Below are positions 11,878 through 31,400 of a stretch of DNA of 64,000 nt, piece by piece. Location of the stretch: contig LC659289.1 of assembly GCA_020891255.1 (NCBI GenBank), forward strand, positions 2,034 to 66,033, written 5' to 3'. The position numbers and the translations under genes are program-made. The notes under the pieces were generated by a model. It had not been told where the DNA came from. It saw only the letters and a list, made by a program, of their open reading frames with translations, and ran no database searches. This stretch comes from Entomortierella parvispora E1425. Taxonomy: Eukaryota; Fungi; Mortierellomycota. Each line of letters opens with the position of its first letter. The first letter of the stretch is position 1.

Positions 11878-12570
11878 TTAATTAACAAGTTTATACATCA
11901 TTGACTCACGGAAGTAAGGAGTAATAATTGATTTGAATTTATCCATTGATTCGGGTTTATATATATATTCTATAACTCTCTTTTTCTCTATTACTATAGT
12001 ACAATTTAAATAAAAATTTTCTTTTAAACATTAATTAATAATTCTATTTGATTTAAAGTATAAAAATCAGTATAAAGGTTAAAACCTCTATTGTACTTAT
12101 ACCTGTTATTCATTGTCTCAGTATGCTAAACCAGCTGGTGTTAAGAACTTACCAATATTTAAAGATATTTTTTTAACACCGTCAGCATTAAATAAACTAT
12201 TATTATAGTTGAAACAAGGTAAAGATAGTTTTTAAATCTTACAGAAGAATATATTTTCTGTTCTTTTATTTAGTTTAGACTCATAATGTTTAGGGGCAGT
12301 ACCACAATATGATTTAAATAAATCATATATATGTAAAAGATAAGATTCATTTATTAAATCTTGTGCGAATTGTAATATTGGATTTTTACCTCGTTTAGTT
12401 ATACATAGATTTCCAAGGCATAAACCAAGAATAAATTAGTTAAAATTTTCATTTACAGTAAAGAATTTCTTTAGTCTTTAAATAATCTATCAGTACTATA
12501 GGATCTATTAAAGAATTCTGCACTCGTTAATCCTGTAACAAAATCAATATTTAATTTTTGTTTAGGTTTT
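11878..12570 (-). pseudogene. Decayed LAGLIDADG (type 2) endonuclease
   Basis: FILGLCLGNL, ESYLLHIYDLFKSYCG, ESMMYKLVN*; C motif (AAACACCCCCC) downstream at ~11804-11814. Confidence 0.8.
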
Positions 12571-12683
12571 TAAATATTCGTGATATAAGAAGATAGTAAT
12601 TGTGGCATTTTTATATTTTAAAATAATTAAAATTTAATCCTCTCGCAAGAAGACAGCAGGTTAACCAAAAATAAAAATTAATA
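12570..12683 (-). pseudogene. Shadow of atp8 5' region: 64-bp leader identical to 28669-28732 plus MPQLLSSYITNI*
   Basis: 12620-12683 identical to 28669-28732; ATGCCACAATTA at 12608-12597. Confidence 0.88.
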
Positions 12684-12778
12684 GGCTAATTAAGAAATTG
12701 GATATTATTAGTTTTTATTAGTAGTCTATTAAAGTATATAAATATATGATTATATTATGAATTACTTAATAAGTAATT

Positions 12779-12851
12779 AGGTTAGTGTATGACTCGAACA
12801 TACCTCTTAAAGTTTTGCAAACTTATACATTACCAAATATGCTAACTAACC
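12779..12851 (-). tRNA. trnC: tRNA-Cys(GCA)
   Basis: AAGT-TTGCAAA-ACTT; acceptor GGTTAGT/ACTAACC. Confidence 0.92.
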
Positions 12852-13302
12852 ATAATTATTTAATATAGAAAATTAAATAATGTATTTCTATAATAAATTA
12901 TTTTTTATAGAAGAATTAAACTTTTATTTATATAAATATTAATTAATTATATTTAATAACAATTTTATGTTATTGTTATAATAAAAGAACAAAAATTTAA
13001 GAGGTTCTGAAGGGGTATCTTAAAGAAAGGTAATTAATATATAATCCAATTTTCTTATATTTTAATTAATATAATACAAAACTATTTATATAATTGACAT
13101 AAAATATCTAAAAGTATGAAAATTTTTAATTTTAAGAAATAGGTTTTTTAACTAAAATTATATTTTAATTCTTTTAGGATTAGAATTATTTATTATGTAA
13201 TTTCATCATTTTGTGGTAAATTAATATATGCTATTAATTGGTGTTTTAAAATTTATTTTTTAGAGTTTTATTTTTAAAAATAATAAAAAGTGTGTTGGGT
13301 GT

Positions 13303-13900
13303 CTTAGATTTTTATAAGCCAGATTCAGTATAGTTAATTATATAGAATATTTTTCTTATATAGATAGTTTTTTAAAAGTTGATATTTAATTTATATTTTT
13401 ATTAAATTATATCTGTTTACATGAAAATTCATCTTACTCTTAAAGAGCTAAACTATAATAGGTCTTATATTAACATTCTTATAATTTTTAAGGTTTATTT
13501 TTTTTTTCTATATATTATCTTATAACATAATTTTTATGAAGCCCTTAATAAAAATTTAATTTTTTACAAAGGTTGAAAAATTAATTAATTAATATAAATT
13601 TTATTTAATAATATATAAGAAGTATATTAATTTATTTATATTTAAATTAATTTATAATAACTTTAAAATTAGACTTCTAGGCTTCTCCTCAACAAGTTAT
13701 CTTAAAGAAGAGAAGGGGAAGTAAAAAGATTAGATTTCTTTAAAAGTACCTCAATTTTTAATGATTTTTTAAATATTATTATATTCCAAATTAAAAGAAT
13801 TATAATATCCCTTTGGATAATTAAAAAAATATATACTATTTATATTAATTCTTATTTTCTTAATTTTAGTATTCTGGACTTTCCTTTAATTGAATCCTAA
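13303..13900 (-). ncRNA. rnpB: RNase P RNA (ends approximate)
   Basis: CR-I AAGGAAAGTCCAG (13886-13874) and CR-V ACTGAATCTGGCTTAT (~13329-13314) form a canonical P4 helix (AAG-U-CCAG / CUGG-CUU). Confidence 0.85.
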
Positions 13901-14683
13901 TTTTCATAAAGTCAAATAAAACTTTTTATTAAAAATTCCAGCAAAAAGACTTATTTTAATAAGACTTAAATACTTAATAAATATTTAGTAATATTTCTAA
14001 ATTAACTTTAATTGATAATAGTATATTAAACCCTACTATTCTTCATTTTTGAGAATTAAAGATATGGATATTATCCATTCATTTTTAAACAATTATTCGT
14101 TTTTCGCATATTTTAAAATTGTATGATAAAATACATTAAAATTTTCGCCAGCTTTTATAGCAGAAAAAACTTTCAATTAATGTTAACTTATCTTTTAAAT
14201 ATATAAAAATTGTAGTATCTTTACTAGTACTGATTTTATTTTTATTAAAAGTAGTGAGAATTTTACCAAACATCAGATAATTCTTATAGATAAAGTAAGA
14301 TTCATTTTAGTTTTAGTATATTCACTATAAGTAATATTGAATATTGAATGATTTTATCTAATTTGGCTTTATTTATTATATTTGTTTCAGATAAAAACTC
14401 TATTTTTGAATTAATTGTTCATAATTCAAACATTTATTATATTTCCTTTTAAAATCATTAATAATCAACTTTAATGCTTTTATTTAAAGATTTAATACAC
14501 TTAAATCCAGCAATTTATAAATAATTAACTCCTATTGTGTTTTATTTATTAGTAGAAAATTAATTGCTTAATTAATAATTTTGTATAAATAATTATAATA
14601 AATTAATTACTTAATTAATTATTTTGCATAAATAATTATAATAAATATAAATCTAAAACATTATTAAATATTCTGAACTGAGT

Positions 14684-14755
14684 TAGGAAATAAAAGAATC
14701 GAACTTATTTCTTCTAATTGTAAGTTAGTTGCTCTGACCATTAAGCTAATCTCCT
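14684..14755 (-). tRNA. trnV: tRNA-Val(UAC)
   Basis: CTAA-CTTACAA-TTAG; acceptor AGGAGAT/ATTTCCT. Confidence 0.9.
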
Positions 14756-15241
14756 ATTATATATAATTAATATAAAAAATTAATAAAGGGGGTCTAATAG
14801 GGAATGTTAAGAGTAAAATTATTTATTTAGTAAATTAGAATATAATATTTTTTTATTTTATTAAATTTAGAGATACATATATTTTCTAAAATTATATTAT
14901 GATAATTTAAGTATTTAAAGTAAGATATAATTATCAATTGAAGAATTTATAATTTTATAAATATCTGATTTACATTATTATATGCTAAATAAAGATATCT
15001 TACAAATCTTTTCGAAATGAAATTTTCTAAGGACCCATTCCTATCCTCGTCAAAGTTTTATTTTGAAAATAAAAACATTTTAAGTTGAAAAAGAAGGGGG
15101 AAGGAGTTCTTGAATTTAAAATTTATAGGATAAATAGTTTAATAATAAAAGGGTTATTTAAAAATTTACCTTAATCTAAAATTTATTATTTGAATAAAAG
15201 ATTAAAACTTGATCATAATTTTAATATTTTTATTTATAATA

Positions 15242-15314
15242 ATCAGTAATTACATAATTAGTCTTTTTAAGATCATTAAAATTAAAGTTTAAAAACTTAA
15301 ATAGTTCGAATCTT
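15242..15314. repeat. 73-bp repeat, inverted copy of 2967-3039
   Basis: Sequence comparison; diverged partial third copy near 60488. Confidence 0.9.
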
Positions 15315-15597
15315 CTATTTTTTCATATTTTTGAATTCTATCTGTCTGTGTGAGATGACCTTTAAGAGACATGAATTGTTTTGTAAATTTATTCTTTAAG
15401 GGAGGACCATTTATAAAAGAAGAAGATAAATTAAAATTTTATCCAAATGATGATTAATTAATTATTAATTATAATTTAATAGATTAGGCTTGTTTAAATA
15501 ACGAGTTATTATTTATCTTTTTTTTCATGACGGATAAATTTTCATACTTTTATTTTCTTATAATGATCTTTTAAAGTCTTATTAAAATATTTAATAA

Positions 15598-23199
<7,602 letters not shown>

Positions 23200-23523
23200 A
23201 TGCCTAGAAGAATACCGGATTATCCAGATTCTTTCGAAGGATGGAACTTAGTTTCATCTTTTGGTTCAATTATCTCTATTGTTGCTACAGTATTATTTAT
23301 ATATATCATTTACGATACTTTAGCACAACCAGAAGATCAATTAGCAAATGACCCATGGGCTGTTCCAGCTTTCTTTACTAGCATCCGAGGAGCTGGTAAC
23401 ACGAAATCTGCGACTACGTTAGAATGGGCAATTACTAGCCCACCGGCGTTCCATGCATTTGAAGGTCAATTACCTGTACAATCAATTAACTCCCCCCATA
23501 AAAGACTAACCTGTAAGACATAA
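23200..23523 (+). CDS. cox1: cox1 exon 5
   Basis: MPRRIPDYPD...TTLEW...PPAFHAF; spliced CDS 1629 nt. Confidence 0.96.
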   Translation: MPRRIPDYPDSFEGWNLVSSFGSIISIVATVLFIYIIYDTLAQPEDQLANDPWAVPAFFTSIRGAGNTKSATTLEWAITSPPAFHAFEGQLPVQSINSPHKRLTCKT

Positions 23524-24924
23524 AAGTTACAAGTTTTAATAAAAAATATTATTTCATCATTGTATTTATTTTATTTTTATTATTAATAATTATTATGTAT
23601 CTTATTTAGTTATTAGTTTAAGTCTGAGATTTTAGTAAATTAAATTTTTACTTTTTCTTTGAATGTCCCCTTTATGGCTTTTATTAAAATTATTTATTTT
23701 AGTAGGCTCGATACCATTAACTTATCATTATTTATTAATAATCTTCATTGAATTTTATTTTTTAGAATTTTTATTTATTATTTTTTATAATAACAATGTA
23801 TAATTATTAAGAGGATTATTTTCAAATAATATTATTATCTGAAAATCCATTAATCTTAATAGTGGTCGTTATTTTATAAAATAACTTAGTATATAAATAT
23901 CATATATTTCTTTTTTTTAAAAAAGTTTTTTAGTAAGATCTATTAATGTTTATTTTAATGAAGTATATTTAAATTATAAATTTTATATTAAAATAAAAAA
24001 CTGCAATATATTATGGATTTATAGAGAGCCTATAATAAATATGTTAGCTTATGATTTAACTAGATGATTAAATTCATATTATTTTATATATGAATTGAAA
24101 TAATTAATTTTTATGATAATAGATTTATTATCTTATATTCGTTTTATGTTTTTATAATTAATACTAAAATATATTAATATTTAAAATTTATCTAAAAAAG
24201 AAACATGTATATTAATTCTTTCACGTGAAGAATTTTATTTAGACTTGATTTAATTAAATATTACATATTTAAATTAGCAGAATTTTCTTTAGGTATAAAC
24301 ATAAAGAAAATTTTATTATTAAAATTAGTGAAAATCTTTAGATTTTTGGAAAAATCATGCTTTAATGCAATTATTAAATTAAGCGAGAAAATAACCAGAT
24401 GTTTGAAAAAAGAAAAATTATATTCAATATATAAAGCTTTTTTACTAAAATTCGAGAATTAAGTAGAATAGTATAAGGAACTACTATTTTGTATTCTCAT
24501 TGGACGGTATATTTGTAAATAAATTCTTTTTAGTTAGAGAAGCAGGATTATATTTTAATTGTTTATATATTATTATTATTGTGAGGTATGTAAATAATAA
24601 AAAATTATTTCAAGGAAAATGGTTTTATCTTTATTACTTATATTTTTTTGTAAGGTAGTATAATCGTATGGCTATATCTAATAATATATTTTTTAATAAA
24701 ATTTTCTTTTAAAATAAAGGCTCCATTATATTTAGATACTTTATTAATTATACTTTATTAAAAATTTAAAATAATACGGAATTTTATTATATAATCAATT
24801 TTATATTTCAGCACGTTCTCAGATTTAATTATTTATTCAATAATTTAGCAATACTTCAAGGTCGAATTTTAACGCTCTTTTTTAAATATATTAAAGTGGC
24901 TATGATTGATTATATGTATAAACG

Positions 24925-25008
24925 GGGTAAGTGGCCGAGTGGTTTATGGCGTTTGGCTTGAAACTAAATATGTGAAAACATGCGGAGGTTCGAATCCTTC
25001 CTTGCCCG
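24925..25008 (+). tRNA. trnS: tRNA-Ser(UGA)
   Basis: TTTGG-CTTGAAA-CTAAA, long variable arm. Confidence 0.94.
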
Positions 25009-25099
25009 AAAAGATTTGAGACTAAGATAAAATAATACGGATATTAATATTATTTTTAATTAATATTATTAATAATTAATATTTTTTAAGGAATTAATA

Positions 25100-25182
25100 T
25101 AGAAAGTGACTGAGTGATTAAAGTATTTGACTTGAAATTAAATATATGAATTACATATGAAAATTAAGATCCTTTCTTGCTT
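25100..25182 (+). pseudogene. Eroded tandem copy of trnS(UGA)
   Basis: GTGACTGAGTGATT...TTTGACTTGAAATTAAATAT aligns to trnS with G>A and C>T changes; T-arm destroyed. Confidence 0.75.
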
Positions 25183-25329
25183 AAAAATAAACATTAAAAT
25201 TAATAAACTTTTTGAATCAATAGTAAATTATAAAATATTACTTATCAATGAGTTAATACCTTCTTATTATTCTAAAGTGGCTACGTCCGATATTCATATA
25301 TAATAATAAGTACAATATTTTTTTTTAAC

Positions 25330-26106
25330 ATGACAACTTTTATTAATACTGTTTTCATTAACAATCCATTAGAGCAATTCGAAATTAAAGAATTTTTCTA
25401 CATGGGTGGTCCATTATTAGGTGCAAAATTTTCATTAACTAATATTGGTTTATATCTTATTATAGTTACTATACTTGTATTAGGGATGAGTTATTTATCT
25501 TTAAATAACAATAAAGTAGTACCTTCTAGATGGAGTATCGTTCAAGAATCTTTATTCGGTAGTATCTTAAACATGATTAAATCTACTATTGGTGGAAAAG
25601 GAGAGGCTTATTTACCTTTCTTATATACAATTTTTTTATATGTATTATTATCTAATTTAATTGGTTTAGTGCCATATTCATTCACACCTTCAAGTCATTT
25701 TGTTTTTGGTATTGGATTTAGTGTTGCTATTTTAATTGGTGTTACTATCTTAGGTTTCCAAACTCATGCATTAAAATTCTTTGGATTATTTGTACCAGCT
25801 GGAACTCCTTTAGGATTAGTACCAGTTTTAGTAATGATTGAAACTATCTCATATTTAGCTAGAGCTTTAAGTTTAGGGTTACGATTAACTGCTAATATGA
25901 TTGGTGGACATGTTCTGTTAAAAATCTTTTCTACTTTCACGTGGAAAGCGGTTATTGGAGGACCGATCTTACTATTAATTAGTATTATACCATTTGCATT
26001 TATAATTGCATTTACTGGGTTAGAAATTGCTATCGCTTTTATCCAGGCGTATGTGTTTACTATGTTAACAGCATCTTACTTAAATGACGCGATTAACTTA
26101 CATTAA
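25330..26106 (+). CDS. atp6: ATP synthase subunit a
   Basis: NPLEQFEI, LGLRLTANMIGGHVLL, EIAIAFIQAYVF. Confidence 0.99.
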   Translation: MTTFINTVFINNPLEQFEIKEFFYMGGPLLGAKFSLTNIGLYLIIVTILVLGMSYLSLNNNKVVPSRWSIVQESLFGSILNMIKSTIGGKGEAYLPFLYTIFLYVLLSNLIGLVPYSFTPSSHFVFGIGFSVAILIGVTILGFQTHALKFFGLFVPAGTPLGLVPVLVMIETISYLARALSLGLRLTANMIGGHVLLKIFSTFTWKAVIGGPILLLISIIPFAFIIAFTGLEIAIAFIQAYVFTMLTASYLNDAINLH

Positions 26107-26184
26107 TTATAACGTGTTAATTTTATTTTTATAATTAACACCCCCCCCCTTTATTAAAAAGTTTAGAAAATTTATATGTACAAA

Positions 26185-26375
26185 CTAAAATGTGGACATG
26201 ACCGATGTAAATATAATAATAATAAATACAATTTATTTTTAACATGACAACTTTTATTAATACTGTTTTCATAAGTTCAAATTTGGTAATTAAAATCAGT
26301 AATTATAATATTTTAGTCTTGTATTTAGCTAAAGCTTTAAGTTTAAGGTTACGATTAACTGCTAATATGATTGGT
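26185..26375 (+). pseudogene. atp6 shadow, 5' part: leader, first ~10 codons and internal segment ending ...ATGATTGGT
   Basis: 26244-26272 identical to the atp6 start; 26322-26375 matches 25852-25905 with 2 mismatches; leader resembles ~25272-25329. Confidence 0.88.
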
Positions 26376-26604
26376 AAAATTATCAATAGAACTATTGGTA
26401 TTACTATTGGTACAATAAGCAGATTATACCTTTTTTATTCAGTATTGTGCTATTATTAGCTTTTACTTTTAATGTGTCTATTTCTCAAGAATTTTATATT
26501 CTTTCTTATATCCCTCTAATAAATGTAAAAAGTATTAAAGGTTTATATAATAATCCTCAGAAAGGTCTAGTTACTCGGCATTATACTTTTAAAAATTAAC
26601 CAAT

Positions 26605-27207
26605 ATGGAAAGAAATTCTTTTACTGTTAGTCCTGAAGTTCATAATATTTTAATAGGTTTATGCTTAGGTAACCTTTATATTGATAAACAAACTATAAAT
26701 GCAAGATTGAGATTTGAGCAAGGTTTAATTCATGAATCTTATCTTTTACATATATATGATATATTAAAAGATTATTGTGGTTCAAGCCCTAAAATTAATA
26801 ATCGAAAACCTAAACTTCAAACAGGTAATATTAATAACACAATATATTTTAGTACTTATTCTTTACCATGTTTCAATTATTAATATGACCTATTTTATTC
26901 AAATGGAAACAAAAGTATCTCATTAAATATAGGAGAATTATTAACGCCAGCCAGTTTAGCCTATTGGGCAATGGATGACGGAGGAAAATTTAATAAAAAT
27001 AATTTTATTTTATGCACTAATTTCTCCACTTTTGAAGAAGTAAATTCATTGGTTAAAGTTTTAAAGAAGAATTTTAATCTTAATTGTTCTGTACAGAAAG
27101 CTAATAAGGATCAGTATAGAATATATATCTTAAAAGGTTCGATGGATAAATTCCGAACACTAGTTACTCTTTATTTCCATGAATCTATTATGTATAAACT
27201 AAATTAA
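26605..27207 (+). pseudogene. LAGLIDADG (type 2) endonuclease with premature stop
   Basis: ILIGLCLGNL, YWAMDDGG, HESIMYKLN*. Confidence 0.88.
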
Positions 27208-27297
27208 AATATATAGGGTAATAATATATATATTATAGTTTATTATACTGTAGCTTTTAGTTTTAACACTCTTTTTTTTGAAGAATCTATTATTATA

Positions 27298-27496
27298 AGA
27301 TGTATTACTTAAAATTTTCTCAACATTTACTTGGAAAGCTGTAATAGATGGACCAGTTTTATTATTAATTTCTGTAATATCTTTCGCTTTCATTATAGCC
27401 TTTAGAGGTTTATAAATTGCTATTGTTTTCATCTAAGCATACGTTTTCACTATGTTAACAGCATCTTACTTAAATGATGCGATTAATTTACATTAA
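27298..27496 (+). pseudogene. atp6 shadow, displaced 3' end with nonsense mutations
   Basis: VLLKIFSTFTWKAVIDGPVLLLIS...AYVFTMLTASYLNDAINLH*; C motif AACACCTCTCCC follows. Confidence 0.92.
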
Positions 27497-27650
27497 TTTT
27501 TTATTTGTATAAACTTAACAAAAAGTTAACACCTCTCCCTTTTTTAATTTCTATTTGTATAAATTAAGTATCCTTTTTTACTAATAATGTTCTATACTTA
27601 CAATAATATTTTTTAATAAATTTAATAAAATAAAAATTAAAATAATAATA

Positions 27651-27733
27651 GAGAAGGATTGTGAATGGTTAGCAACTTGACTGTAAATCAAGCAACCGAA
27701 AGGTTATAGGGGGTTCGATTCCCTCCTTTCTCA
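27651..27733 (+). tRNA. trnY: tRNA-Tyr(GUA)
   Basis: TTGA-CTGTAAA-TCAA, long variable arm. Confidence 0.94.
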
Positions 27734-28488
27734 TGAAATAACCAAAAAATTATAAGAATTTAGATTTTTTTTTTATTATCAAGTAAGTTGAGAATATTAG
27801 ATAATAATGAAAGATTCTTTTTCAAAATAATTATTATAGTTTTATTTTTAATTTCTAAATTAATAATTAAAGAAATACTCATCATTTTATTAATATTAAA
27901 GAATGATTTAATTTTAATATTATCAGCAGTAATAATAAAATTAAGGATATAAATACCATTAAAATTTTTATAATTATATCTCATTCTTATAACTTTTTCA
28001 CTTTTTTATTAGTTTCTCCATACATACTTTCCAATATTTATTTAAAAAACAAGTTTTTTTCAAATGGCTAGGTTTTTATTATTAATTAAGTTTTTATAAT
28101 TAATTAGTAATTAAAGTTAAAATCTGTTTTAACGGACTAATTTTATTTTATAATATTTTAAATTTAATTTTAATACAGATATTCTTAAATATAATATATT
28201 AGAGACTGGGCTATATTTTATTTGTCCAGTTTTAAAATTTATTTTAATTGTATCATTTTATTTTTAGCACTAACTAAAATATTAATAATGAGTTAAGTTA
28301 TATATAAAATATATTTATTATTAATAAATATTGTATTTCAGAATTTAATATATTTAATATATTCATAATTATTGAATTATTAATATCATTATTATTTTGA
28401 TAGAATAAGAATGATTATTGGATTATTATTTTTAATTTATTTATTTATTGAATATTAATAGAATAAGAAATATTATATACGATTTACA

Positions 28489-28653
28489 TTATTGTTTTAG
28501 AGGGGGGGGGAGTTTTGTTAACGCCATTCTTATAGAAAATAATAATGGGTAAGTTGGTAATATATATGTTGATAAAATATATAAAATTACTACAAATAAT
28601 AAAAATGAGTATGATATCATATTTATGAAGTAAAATGGTAATAATTGTGGCAT
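28489..28653 (-). CDS. atp8: ATP synthase subunit 8 (not in ORF track)
   Basis: MPQLLPFYFINMISYSFLLFVVILYILSTYILPTYPLLFSIRMALTKL (48 aa), then C-run read as Pro codons; the stop position depends on the homopolymer length. Confidence 0.93.
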   Translation of the reverse strand: MPQLLPFYFINMISYSFLLFVVILYILSTYILPTYPLLFSIRMALTKLPPPLKQ

Positions 28654-28934
28654 TTTTTTTATTTAATAAAAATAATTAAAATTTAATCCTCTCGCAAGAA
28701 GACAGCAGGTTAACCAAAAATAAAAATTAATAATATATTGTTTAATATAATTTACAATATATTATATCTAAAATAAGTAAAATTTATCAAGTATAACTTA
28801 TATTATAATTAATATTCTTTACTATATTCAGAAAATCCCTTAAATTAATATTCATTTTTTTGGCCTTATAGATTTTATCTTATGAGTGTCTATTCTGAAA
28901 ACCTAAGGGTTGACCTATTTTGATTTAATTTAAT

Positions 28935-29007
28935 CGGGATTAAACGGATTCGAACCGATATCCTCATAATCGACAATTATGTGCTCGACCAATTAAGCTA
29001 TAGTCCC
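28935..29007 (-). tRNA. trnD: tRNA-Asp(GUC)
   Basis: CATAA-TTGTCGA-TTATG. Confidence 0.94.
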
Positions 29008-29180
29008 TTATTAAATAATATTCGTTTAGAATATTATCTTTTTCTAATTTATTCTCTTTCTAAATATATTATTTACTTGAGGAATTTCAAAAGAATATTT
29101 ATTTAAAAAATTTTAAGTCGTTAAGAAGAATTGAACTTCTATCTAATATATTTAATCTCTTCCGATATATGAGGATATAA

Positions 29181-29252
29181 AGTCATTAAGAAGAATTGAA
29201 CTTCTATTCAGTACGTATGAGATACTTGTTTTAACCGTTAAACTATAATGAC
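29181..29252 (-). tRNA. tRNA with CAU anticodon; candidate Ile (lysidine) or Met
   Basis: AGTAT-CTCATAC-GTACT; third CAU tRNA; identity inferred by elimination; 27-nt copy of its 3' end at 29116-29142. Confidence 0.8.
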
Positions 29253-29574
29253 TCTTTATATATGTAGAGGGAAAGTTAATTTGTTATATATAAATACTGA
29301 TTTTGTTTTTGTTGTTTAACAGAATTTTTATTTATTTTTATATTAGAATAAACAATTATAGATTGATTAGGTGGATTCTTATTGAATAATATTATTATAT
29401 TTTCTATATTTTATGTATGTTTATTCATAAAATATAAATAATTATTATAAAAATAATATTGGACTTATTATAACCAACTATTTTATAAATTATAATATAG
29501 TCTAGTCAAACATGATTAATGGTTAAATAAATTATGTTGATGGTAAAATTGATATTAAAATATATTATTAATAA

Positions 29575-29648
29575 TGGGTTCTAGTATAATCAGGCAGTAC
29601 ACTTAAATTTGACTTAAGAAATTGGTAGTTCGAATCTACCGAACCCAA
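29575..29648 (+). tRNA. trnQ: tRNA-Gln(UUG)
   Basis: CTTAA-ATTTGAC-TTAAG; acceptor TGGGTTC/GAACCCA. Confidence 0.9.
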
Positions 29649-29942
29649 TAATCTAACAAGACATTTATTTTATATTTTATGATTTAATATCTATATAAAT
29701 GCTGTGTTATATTTTTTGTAATATTTTATCATATTATTTAAATAAAGATTAATTATATAAAAACCAATGAATATTGTCAGCATTCTTAATTACTAGAATG
29801 AATAGTAAGATTATATATTATTAGGTACATAACTATTAGAGGTTATTAAAAATTAAAATTATTAGAAATAGTGAAAAAATTCGTGTTAACACCTTCCCTT
29901 TCTTACTTTATTAAATAATTATAATTATATTTTATATATATA

Positions 29943-30024
29943 GGAAGAGTCGTCATGGGCAAGACAAAGTATTTGCTAAATCCTTAGAGATTCCTCTTTG
30001 TGGGTTCGAATCCCTCTTCTTCCG
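29943..30024 (+). tRNA. trnS: tRNA-Ser(GCU)
   Basis: Loop TTGCTAA, long variable arm, acceptor GGAAGAG/TTCTTCC. Confidence 0.88.
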
Positions 30025-30524
30025 TTATATGATAAGGATAAATGTATTAATAATTTCTATTGATTTTAAAGATTTATTTCTACGAATGGATTCAAAAAGT
30101 TTCTCGAATAATTAAATATAAAAATCTTTAAGTTAATAATATTCTAAATATTAGAATTGTTTTTTTACATAATAAATAACCGAAAGGAAGAAAGGAATAT
30201 TAATAATATATAATATATTTATATAATATTATCTTAATTCTGTTTGAATAAATTTTTTAATCAATTATGAAATTAAAGTATTCAAAATAGCTGGAAAAGA
30301 TCTTAAAATAATTAGAATTTTCTTTTAAAATTAATTATTTAATATAGTTTATAATTTTTATTTATACTATAAGCTATAGTAGATTTTGTATAATATATTA
30401 ATTATATAAATATGTTATTAAATAAATAATATAATTATATTAATATATAAATGTTATATTACATATTTTTATTAATAGAGTAAATAAATAAGTTTATATG
30501 GGTATTTTCAATAAATATATTAAA

Positions 30525-30592
30525 GGATCGAAGTAAAATTAATTAGGCATTTAAATTAAGTTTATACAAAGTTAGTTCGAATCTCACTAATT
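30525..30592 (+). pseudogene. Eroded copy of trnP
   Basis: Shares upstream ATAAATATATTAA and GATCGAAG...TAGGCATTTAAATT with trnP at 30642. Confidence 0.65.
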
Positions 30593-30641
30593 TATAAAAT
30601 CTTATTGTAAAGATAGTGTAATAATCAATAAATATATTAAG

Positions 30642-30714
30642 CGGGTCGAAGCCAAATTGGTCAGGCACCTAAATTGGGTTTAGGCACTAGAAAGTTCAAA
30701 TCTTTCCGACCCGA
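30642..30714 (+). tRNA. trnP: tRNA-Pro(UGG)
   Basis: CCTAA-ATTGGGT-TTAGG; acceptor CGGGTCG/CGACCCG. Confidence 0.93.
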
Positions 30715-30799
30715 AATTATTAATAAAATTAAAAGGAGGGTATTAATCAATGTTTTGATTTAATAATTTTATTTAATGGTATATTAATCTCCTACTATT

Positions 30800-31400
30800 A
30801 ATGCATAAATATTTGCTTACTCCTTAGGAGTATTTAATAAGGTCTACGAATCTTTAAATAATTGTTGTGTAATGATATATCTTTTTATTGTTAAAGGAGA
30901 ACAATTAAAATATTCGACAGCTTTTCTAATAGAGTTAAAAGTATAAGCAAAAGAACCTTGAGAATTATAAACAAAAACAGCAGATGTACGATAGCCATCT
31001 TCATTTTAGATTCTGCTAAATGATTAAAACCGTACATTACATTATTTTCATCTTAACGGCTCAGACTCATTAAAGCTTTAGATTCAACAGTGTGAGTTTT
31101 TTCAAAATTAGGGTGATTTTCACCCGATTTGATTTTATTCATTAAAGCTTTTGAATTTTTTAAATGGATAAATTCTAGCGAAGAACCAGCTATTAAGAGA
31201 ACATTATACTCAGGTTTAAGGCAATAAATGTGATTCTGCTCGTGTTCTAAAATTAATTTTTTTTGCTTCATCTTTTGATAAATTACTTTTATCAATATAT
31301 TCTATAATTGATAAACTAAAGGTAGAATGGTCATGTAAAAATAAAGCATTACTTATATATTGAATTTTATTATGACTTAAATGTGATATTGAATAATATT
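30800..31400 (-). pseudogene. Decayed GIY-YIG endonuclease
   Basis: LEHEQNHIYCLKPEYNVLLIAGSS, GENHPNF (NUMOD3-like). Confidence 0.8.

Noticed and set aside
27199-27432. 77-aa minus ORF, and similar shadow ORFs at 16292, 34127, 44310, 48642, 48933, 51363, 54297, 57106 and 61126
   Set aside because: Antisense or alternative frames of atp6 shadow, core genes, HEGs or tRNAs; no independent support
27760-27984. 74-aa minus ORF downstream of atp8, and similar short ORFs at 3952, 31452 and 50364
   Set aside because: Low-complexity I/N/K/F-rich frames expected in very AT-rich DNA
30733-30756. AAGGAGG Shine-Dalgarno-like sites (also ~52067)
   Set aside because: The following ATG opens a 2-codon ORF; better explained as reverse complements of C-motif variants ending minus-strand HEG units
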